Shown piece after piece: positions 34,054 through 41,861 of a stretch of DNA of 41,861 bases. The notes under the pieces are model-generated. The model was not told where the DNA came from and searched no databases. It saw only the letters and a list, made by a program, of their open reading frames with translations. Position numbers and translations under genes: made by a program. Location: the NCBI RefSeq assembly GCF_006345805.1, contig NW_021835260.1:1-41861 (forward strand). The letters are read 5' to 3'. This DNA comes from Octopus sinensis (taxonomy: Eukaryota). How positions within the stretch are numbered: position 1 is the stretch's first letter; every line of letters begins with the position of its first letter.

Positions 34054-35030
34054 AAACAAGAGCACAAATCTCCACCAAGGCAACACTAACGTCCTCTCAA
34101 TGATTAACTGGAGAGGATTTTTAAAATGAGAATATCTGAAATAAACTCAACTGCTCTCACAAATGAGAATACTAAAAATGAACCTGACTTCTCTCAAAAA
34201 TTAAGTAAAAAACACGGAAAATTAATCCAGATCCCTTATCCATTACCTGATCAATCCCAATGGTAGTCATGGAATGTGACGGTGGGTGTGTGGGGCCATA
34301 TTTGTAATGCTGCATGTGTGTCGTCTGCAGTGGGAACAGGAACAGTTTTCTCTAGGAAAGCCTTTTTTAGTCTATCCATTAATATAGTGTCTTAATGACC
34401 ATTAAGGTCTATAGTGAAAAATTTATCCATGCGTGAAAGAAAACGGAAAGGACCTGCATACGGTCCTGTTAACGTAGATTTAACAACATTGTTGCGCACA
34501 AAAATGTGAGTTCAAGAAGTAACGCTTCCTTCAAGGCAGGGCTAGAAATGCAATTGTCAAGTAGGTAAGAGGTTTTGAACAGGAGCTATATGTTCAAAAT
34601 TGGTAAAACTAAAAATTATCAAGGATAAATTAAATTTATTATTGTTACTAAATATTTTAGTGTTATTTAATTTCTGAGCAGTTTTGCTGCCATTTGTTTA
34701 TGTTGTTTGATTTCTTTGTCCATCAGTTTCTACTAAGATAGAGATGTGGGTAAAATTAATATTAGAGAAACAAAATAAAACTCTGGAAGCAACAACACTG
34801 TCATAACTTATGTGGAAACCATGAGTGTGCTTTCAAGGGAGATAATCAGAGAAAGACTTAAAATTCAACATAAGATCGTAATACTTAAGTAAATATAACA
34901 AATAATCTAGAATCCTTGTCCAGTACCAGATTGATCCCAAAATCTAATCAGTTTATGCCAGTCATGAGGCCAAACATCCCTGAAAGTTTCATCTGAATCC
35001 ATCTGGTTGTTCTTGAGATATCTTGTCCAC
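34054..35030 (+). mobile_element. Two partial copies of a non-autonomous element (34054-34260 and ~34855-35030); Helentron/MITE-like
   Basis: Both share 'atc.agaatcc.t.tcc..tacc.gat..atcccaa'; the second continues 'gaaagtttcatctgaatccatc...ttgagatatcttgtccac'. The classification is from memory of similar elements. Confidence 0.5.
34270..34590 (-). pseudogene. Ty3/Gypsy integrase C-terminal remnant
   Basis: Minus strand 'THIFVRNNVVKSTLTGPYAGPFRFLSRMDKFFTIDLNGH*DTILMDRLKKAFLE' has the GPY/F motif found after Gypsy integrase cores. Confidence 0.8.
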
Positions 35031-36788
35031 CAGCTTTGATTTTAGTTTCACTCATGCTAGAAACAAATTTTTCACTGAGATATTTGAATCCTTCACGGTC
35101 TACATTCATGACCGTAACAAAATTCTTAAACAAGCCAAATTTAATGTGTAAGGGATGAAGGAAAATTTTTCTGAAGGTCAACTAAAGGGATATATTTAAT
35201 GTTGTATCTCCCTGGAGTGAATTCACTTCACTTTGGCCACTGTTTTTGATTATAGTGATGCTTGTCATCTCTGCTGTTCTAAAGGCACAAAAAGCACTAA
35301 TGCTTTACATACCCCATTTGCAACCCAAGAAGCAAACCAATAACTTTCAAGTCCCTGCATATATTCCACTTGTGCTCAGAATATTTAATCAAGTGCAAAA
35401 TTTTATCCATTCATTCATAAGTTTCCTTTTATCCTACATACAATGAATTCATGCAATTCTGTCTGCCATTTTTGAAAGTATGAGCATTTTACACCATGGT
35501 GTAAAAGATTCCATTGTTTCAACCTGGAGCCCAGTAGTTCTGACTTTTCTTTTATTAAACCCAAGTCTCTAACTAAATCATTTAACTCAAGTTGACTCAA
35601 TAAATAAGGAACTTTTTTCGAAGATCCTGGTTTATCATTGTGATCTGCGGTATCACTTGACATGCCTTCAATTGAAGTAGATGCAGTATTTTCTTCATTT
35701 AAACTATCTTTATCAAAAGATGAAGGAGGTTCTGGAATTGGAATATTTTCAGCAGCATGAGAAACTGGTTTTAAAGCGGAAGAGCAATCTGGATAAACAA
35801 ATCTTGGATTTGTTCTTCTTAGAGAAACCTGTGATATTAGTTAAGCAGAAATAACAATTGGTATAGTCGTTTGTTGGTTTGCGCATACTTTTCCGTTTAT
35901 CTTTCAACCATTGGGTTAGAGCTGTGTAGCAGCTTTTGCAACAAAGAGGAGGTGCCCACAGTTTATCTTGGTCCCCAACTCTCCACCCAAAGTAAAGCTT
36001 GTAAGCATTTTTAAATTTCGTTGTAAGCTTATTTCTCTGATCTTTTGATGTAAATTTTCCACACACGTAACAAAAGCTGTCCACATGATTAGCACAAACT
36101 TGTCTCCTCATCATAAATATATACAGAAATAACCTAAATCAACACTCAATGAAGACTATCAGTAAACTAAGATATAAAATAAATCAAATGTAAATGTTAC
36201 TGTAAAACATCAAAATATATTTCTCAAAAAAATCATTGAAATTATTATAGAATGTGCTGAAACTATGGCTATCATGAAACAATTTTTTCCATCTCTAAAT
36301 TTCAAGCATTGATCACTTTAATAAATAACTAAACTTTCTACTAAACTGCTTTTCATGTAACCTGGCTCTCTTATTTGATATACTTTGTTTTAACAGCACT
36401 AGCAGTTATCAAGGAAAGGGTGTCTGAGTGGCTTTCTATAACCTAATATCGATAGCCTTCTGTGAGGAGAACTTTACTATAATTACAGCAATAACAAAGT
36501 AAAATAAATTCTCATCTTGTGTGACAATTTAACAGGTAGCCTACATTTAACCTCTATTAGCTCTTATTTTTGTTTCCGTGATGAGTATATGAATGAAAAT
36601 TGAAAGCAAATAGCCTACTACTTTGTCAATATTATCAATTGGTTGGAAAATCTGATGCTGTGAATAACTAAAAAAGCTACACTTGCTGTCTGAAAACTGA
36701 TGTCAGATTCAGATTCAGTACCTTAAAATTACCCTAAATCATCTGAAAAAGTTTAAATAGCATGACAGTTTTTTTTTTTTGCCCAATG
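35030..36788 (-). mobile_element. DNA transposon remnant, tentatively CMC/Chapaev3-like, 3'-truncated
   Basis: Transposase pieces 'CANHVDSFCYVCG...WAPPLCCKSC...NCYFC', 'LSQLELNDLVRDLGLIKEKSELLGSRLKQWNLL', 'HPLHIKFGLFKNFV...GFKYL..KF...SETKIKAG'; candidate 5' terminus 'CATTGGGCAAAAA' (minus strand) at 36788. Transposase identity is solid; the superfamily label is tentative. Confidence 0.65.
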
Positions 36789-37084
36789 ATATTGTTATTA
36801 GTAATACTGAATTAAAAAAATGAATGAATATTTTTAACAATGCATGCACACACACTTACACATTGTAAACATAAATATATATTCTGTGTATAAATTGAAT
36901 ATTCCATCAAATCACTATGTAGTCCTTATATGTAACCTGAAGATTTTCACCAAAGGTATTTAAAATGAAAATTTTATTTATATTTGTATATGTCTTGTAA
37001 TTTTGACTTCATGAAATGAAACAATTGTAGGTGATGGTATTGATTAATTAATAAATTCATTTATATTCAATTCATTTCCATTTT

Positions 37085-37112
37085 CTAATTATCATTATTA
37101 TTATTATTATTA

Positions 37113-37170
<58 letters not shown>
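37085..37170. repeat. (TTA)n microsatellite
   Basis: Direct reading. Confidence 0.95.
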
Positions 37171-37186
37171 ATATATATAAATAAAT

Positions 37187-37807
37187 AAGGTATTCAGTGA
37201 TCTGGATGGTTGTACATACACAATATTTATTAAAGTGTCGAATGTTTTTACAAATCACATATCAGCACTTTCATCTACTCTAATAGATTTTTCAGATTTA
37301 ATTTTGTGAAGGGATTTATCTCTTTTTATAGTATTAGTGAATAGGTTGTGGTGGAGAGGGAGAGGGGAGAAAGAAGAGTAATGTGGAGGAAAAGAGGGAG
37401 ACGAATGGGGAGGGAAAAACTGAGAATGTTTGTGCGCAAGCATGCGCACGCTTGTGTGTGTGTGTGTGTGTTGTGTGTGTGTGTGTGTGGTGTGTGTGTG
37501 TGTGCTCCTGTATCTGAAAGGAACCTTTTGAACAAGAGACAAAGAAAAAGAATATATATTTTTAAGTAGGTGGCTAGGACAGATGCTTACTTTGGTTCAG
37601 CCAGCTTACCAGGGGGTCTGAAAGAAAAATGTTTCCAAAGTGAAAAAAATGTGTTTTTTCTTAGTGTCAATGGAAAAGAGAAGGAAAGAAAGGAAGAAAG
37701 AAGAAAAAATGTGTTTATATCTATACAATTGGTCAGTTCTTTCAATAGATGATGACAAGTTGATTCTTGGTCTGTAAAAATGGCAAGAACAGGTGGTTAC
37801 TCTAAGT
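37187..37807 (+). repeat. Left arm of ~620 bp inverted repeat
   Basis: Matches the reverse complement of 39930-40535 along its length, from 'gatctggatggttgtac' to 'ggtggttactctaagt', including the internal (TG)n. Confidence 0.95.
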
Positions 37808-37884
37808 TTTGTTTTGGGATTTGGTTTGCAAGATTCTTTATATGAGTTCGTGCATAACTCTGGGTGGTTCCTATGTAAAAAAGA

Positions 37885-38296
37885 CTAATAACTGTTCCAA
37901 GTTTCGTTGCTCTACTGCTATGGGAAGTGGGTCAGGGGCATTACTTATTGAACGCCCCTCGTATGTAGGATTAGCTCTGGCATTACCTGTAGAACTCGAA
38001 ATGTAGTTTACAGCATAAGATGCATAGAAGGTGCTGGTAAAGACATGAACATGACGTACATAGGGAAGACATCTAGGAGCATTGCGGAACGACTAAATGA
38101 ACATCTGAGACAATATGATGACAGAAAACAGTCCTCCATACTCTACCAACATGCCAAAGACCACCATGCAGGCAACTTGGGTCAACTTGATACCCGCATC
38201 TTATCCAAGCACCCAAAAGACCCAACACTCAGACAAATATGGGAGTACATCCTCATAAATGAAACTTCCCCAATACTAAATAGGAAATATATATAG
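37885..38296 (+). pseudogene. Penelope-like GIY-YIG endonuclease remnant (family 1)
   Basis: 'ITCRTRNVVYSIRC...TYIGKTSRSIAERLNEH...SILYQHAKDHH...LRQIWEYILINETSPILNRK'. Confidence 0.85.
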
Positions 38297-38329
38297 TAGA
38301 TATCATACCTCCATACCACAGTTTACACA

Positions 38330-38920
38330 GGTAGAGTAGAATATTTAGTGGACTGTTATGTAGATAGATGTGTGTGTGTATGCACGTGTGTTTTCTTTTT
38401 TTTTTTGTATGTAAGCATATGGGTATGAAAATAAACAGTTCAACATACAGATGGATAGGTACATAGATTATAAGAACAGACAAGCACATATATACAAATA
38501 GAGACTGAAACACATGACCATATATACACACACACTTTGCTCCACACAAGGACACATATGGAGACACGGGTCCACACATATAGAGATTCATATCCATACA
38601 TACAAACACAGTACAAATTTGCAAAACGCACACACACACACACAGACATGCACACACAAGGAGACAGAGGTGCATACATATACAAACGCACACTCACACA
38701 CACATACATAGAAAATACACAAACACGAACATGCAAGCACATGAATATGCAGAATACATACATACAGATGCACACACACACATACCTACATATATACATA
38801 TACATACACACACATATATACTTACACACACTTGCATACATGCATACACACATGCATGCATGCATAGGCACTCACACACACACACAGACTGACCCACACA
38901 CATGTGCACAAACAAACAAA
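38330..38920. repeat. CA/TA-rich degenerate microsatellite field
   Basis: Direct reading; source of several spurious H/T/C/V-rich ORFs. Confidence 0.9.
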
Positions 38921-39098
38921 AAGGAACTCAGTGTAAATAACAGACAGTCAAGACTATTGAAAAGGTTGCAAGATGCAACGAAAATTTTAGGAAAATAAAA
39001 ATAAGAAATAAGTGGAAATTTTACCAGTGAGTGTGTTAAATCATAAGGCACAAAAACAAAATGACTCTCCCCAGACACAACAGAATAATGAAAGTTAT

Positions 39099-39215
39099 TT
39101 TTCAAAAAATTGTCTGGACTTATCATCATCATCATCATCATTGTCCAGTACCAGATTCCCATACTGGTATGGGTTGGAAAATCTATATGCAAGAGTGTTT
39201 CTATTTATGTATATT

Positions 39216-39225
<10 letters not shown>
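39099..39225 (+). repeat. Short inverted repeat arm (partner at 39805-39925); contains an RTE-tail scrap
   Basis: 'ttcaaaaaattgtctggacttatcatcatc...gattcccatactggtatgggttggaaaatct...tgtttctatttatgtata' matches the reverse complement of 39805-39925. Confidence 0.9.
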
Positions 39226-39282
<57 letters not shown>

Positions 39283-39341
39283 TGCATATATCTTAGGGTT
39301 CCAGATGGGTTTATAAGGAAGTTAATGTGATTTTCATATTT

Positions 39342-39790
39342 TCAGCCATTCAGTTTGTGGGAGAATTTTGCTATGAAGTGTTGTTCCATATTTTTTTCTG
39401 AAGATGGTATCATTCCTTAGGCATTTATAGAAGGGAAAGATCTTGAATCTTCCTTCTCCACATGTTCCTAAGTGGAATTTTTTGTAGCTCTCTCTCTCTC
39501 TCTCTCTCTGTTGAATATGTTGTCCGTGAATTCTGGCTCATTGACATAAAGAATTGCCAGCTTCACCTATATAGTTCTCCTTGCATGTGGGACAGGATAT
39601 GCAATATATTAAGTTTTGTGTCTTGCAATTCATGTTTGCATTTGCTTTGAATGTGTGTGACATTGAAGCTTGCAAGTTTGGTATTTTCTGGAACAGTATT
39701 TGGAATGTGTGTGAGAAAGTCTATATCATCCCTTATGCAGCTTGCTATCACTGGGCATAAAGCTTTGAGGAGTACATCTATGAAGTGGCT
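39342..39790 (-). pseudogene. Internally deleted Penelope-like ORF (family 2): RT start joined to GIY-YIG domain
   Basis: Minus strand 'HFIDVLLKAL...CIRDDIDFL..IP....ENTKLASFNV' (RT start), then 'NMNCKTQNLIYCISCPTCKENYIGEAGNSL...RIH' and 'CGEGRFKIFPFYK...EQHFIAKF..KLN'. Confidence 0.85.
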
Positions 39791-39929
39791 TAGTTGTTGT
39801 GTTGGTGTGTGTATGTATATACATAAATAGAAACATTCTTGCATCCAGATTTTCCAACCTATACCAGCATGGGAATCAAGCATTGGACAATGATGATGAT
39901 AATAAGTCAAGACAATTTTTTGAAACCCT

Positions 39930-40241
39930 ACTTAGAGTAACCACCTGGTTTTGCCATTTTACAGACCAAGAATGAACTTGTCATCATCTATTGAAAGAAC
40001 TGACCAACTGTATAGATATAAACACATTTTTTCTTCTTTCTTCCTTCCTTCCTTTCTTTCCTTCTCTTTTCCATTGACACTAAGAAAAAACACATTTTTT
40101 TCACTTTGAAAACATTTTCCTTTCAGAAAACCTGGTAAGCTGGCTGAACCAAAGTAAGCATCTGTCCCAGCCACCTACTTAAAAATATATATTCTTTTAC
40201 TTTGTCTCTTGTTCAAAAGGTTCCTTTCAGATACACGAGCG

Positions 40242-40292
<51 letters not shown>

Positions 40293-40535
40293 TTTCTCCC
40301 ACTGCCTCCCCATTTCTCTCCCTCTTTTCCTACCCTATACACTCCACATTACTCTTCTTCCCCCCCCCTCTCTACTCATTCCCTAATACCATAAAAAGAG
40401 ATAAATCCCTTCACAAAATTTAAATCTGAAAAATCTATTAGAGTAGATTAAAGAGCTTATATGTGATTTGTAAAAACATTCGACACTTTAATAAATATTT
40501 GTATGTGTACAACCATCCAGATCTCTGAAAACCTT
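39930..40535 (-). repeat. Right arm of ~620 bp inverted repeat
   Basis: See left arm 37187-37807. Confidence 0.95.
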
Positions 40536-40714
40536 TTTTTTTTCTAACATATATATATATTTGATTTGAAAACCCCACTGGAATGGGAGAAAGCGCTAAT
40601 AATCTGAATGATATGATCTGAATGATATGATATATATATGTAAAAAATGTAATATATAAATAAATATCTATAAATATGAACCATCCTATCTTCTGATTAC
40701 CTCATTTCTTCTAA

Positions 40715-40737
40715 TATATATATATATACATATATGC

Positions 40738-40785
<48 letters not shown>
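40715..40785. repeat. (AT)n microsatellite
   Basis: Direct reading. Confidence 0.95.
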
Positions 40786-40787
<2 letters not shown>

Positions 40788-40788
<1 letters not shown>

Positions 40789-40935
40789 TATCATTGTCAT
40801 TTAACTTACGTTTTCCTTGCGGTAGGTTGAACAGTTTGACATGGAACTTGCCAACTGGCCAAACTCGAGTCGTTTGTTATGGCTTGGTTTGTACAAGTGA
40901 ATGTCTTTCCTAATGCCAACCACTTAACAGAATGT
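40788..40935 (-). mobile_element. Degenerate RTE-type tail
   Basis: 'cattgtcatttaac...cgttttcc...ggttgaacag...ttcctaatgccaaccact' is the reverse complement of the shared tail. Confidence 0.65.
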
Positions 40936-41451
40936 GTTGGTTGCTTACTATGTGTCATTTGCACCTGGAAGAACAAGACTATGTATGGAAGACGGCAATT
41001 TTAATTTGTATGACACTAAAATTTAAAAAATGCCGAATATTTTCTCAATTACAATCATTGCCTACTTAAAATAGTTACACAGTTAACATGTCCGAAGGGC
41101 TTTTGTCCTATTCTAATTTAAGACTATATTAAGACAGAGAATGATGTAAGGAAATTTGGCTTCTATTTCATGCAGGTTGAGCCACTGTTTAAAGGCTCCC
41201 AAATAGCTTTATGTATAATTCATGTGTAGTTTTTGTTTTATTTAATTGTTGCCAAATACTCAAAGCTTATTTTTATAGTTTCTCTTGTAAAATTTACTTC
41301 AGGAAGCCTTTTGTGCAGAGACTATTGATAGTCCCTACCAGCAATAGATATGTCACATGAAGAGAGGTTGGTCAACACAAAGAAATTCTCTATCAAAAAG
41401 ATAATATATCAAAGATAAATGCATCATATTCTGATTATAATTGTGAGAATG

Positions 41452-41861
41452 AATATCATCATCATCTTCATTGTCATTTAACATCCGTTTTCCATGCTGG
41501 CATGAGTTGGAAAGTTTGACTGGATCTAGCAAGCCAGAAGCTGGCACCAGGCATCACTGTCTGTTTTGGCATGGCTTTTACAGCTGGATGCCTTTCCAAA
41601 CACCAACCACCTTACAAAGTGGACACTGCATTTTGCAGGACACCAGCACCAGCAAGGTCTGTTTTGGCATGGTTTTTACAGCTGGATGCTCTTCCTAACA
41701 CCAACCACCTTACAAAGTGGACAGTGCATTTTGCAGGACACCAGCACCAGCAAGGTCTGTTTTGGCATGGTTTTTACAGCTGGATGCTCTTCCTAACACC
41801 AACCACCTTACAAAGTGGACAGTGCATTTTGCAGGACACCAGCACCAGCAAGGTCTGTTTT
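41452..41861 (-). mobile_element. RTE-type tail whose internal 98 bp segment is tandemly amplified; runs off the window end
   Basis: 'atcatcatc...tttaacatccgttttccatgctggcatg' tail; unit starts 'ctgttttggcatgg' at 41561, 41659, 41757 and 41855 (exact 98 bp spacing). Confidence 0.92.

Noticed and set aside
34948-35181. 77 aa ORF as a gene
   Set aside because: Accidental fusion of a transposase fragment with antisense repeat sequence.
38253-39330. Many overlapping ORFs rich in H/T or C/V (also 16969-17202, 25534-25770, 37255-37569, 40202-40423)
   Set aside because: Translations of (CA)n/(TG)n microsatellites.
37187-40535. Hammerhead ribozyme in the putative Penelope pLTR arms
   Set aside because: I could not find a CUGAUGA/GAAA core with flanking stems by eye; an Infernal search is needed for a firm negative.

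Overview
Eukaryotic, AT-rich, repeat-dense genomic DNA. The SINE heads and RTE-LINE 3' tails match families I associate with octopus genomes, so a cephalopod origin is an inference. The only host-gene sequence I can support is two phase-1/phase-1 Ig-domain exons on the + strand (11689-11946 and 15799-16050) from an unidentified Ig-superfamily surface protein; the rest looks intronic or intergenic. It is filled with transposons: a full-length dead mariner (3928-5244), a young RTE LINE with one frameshift and a PHD-like finger inside its RT (about 17680-21262), and several decayed RTE copies. An ~8.3 kb Helitron (22197-30503) is inserted precisely at an A|T site and carries a nested CR1/L2-type LINE and a nested RTE. 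There is also a second Helitron helicase remnant, a Gypsy integrase scrap, a probable Chapaev3-like transposase, two different Penelope-type GIY-YIG remnants enclosed by a ~620 bp inverted repeat, several tRNA-derived SINE families and many satellites. I found no CRISPR, operon or clearly new biochemical system. The best leads are the PHD-in-RT RTE, the composite Helitron, the inverted Penelope architecture and the divergent Ig gene.
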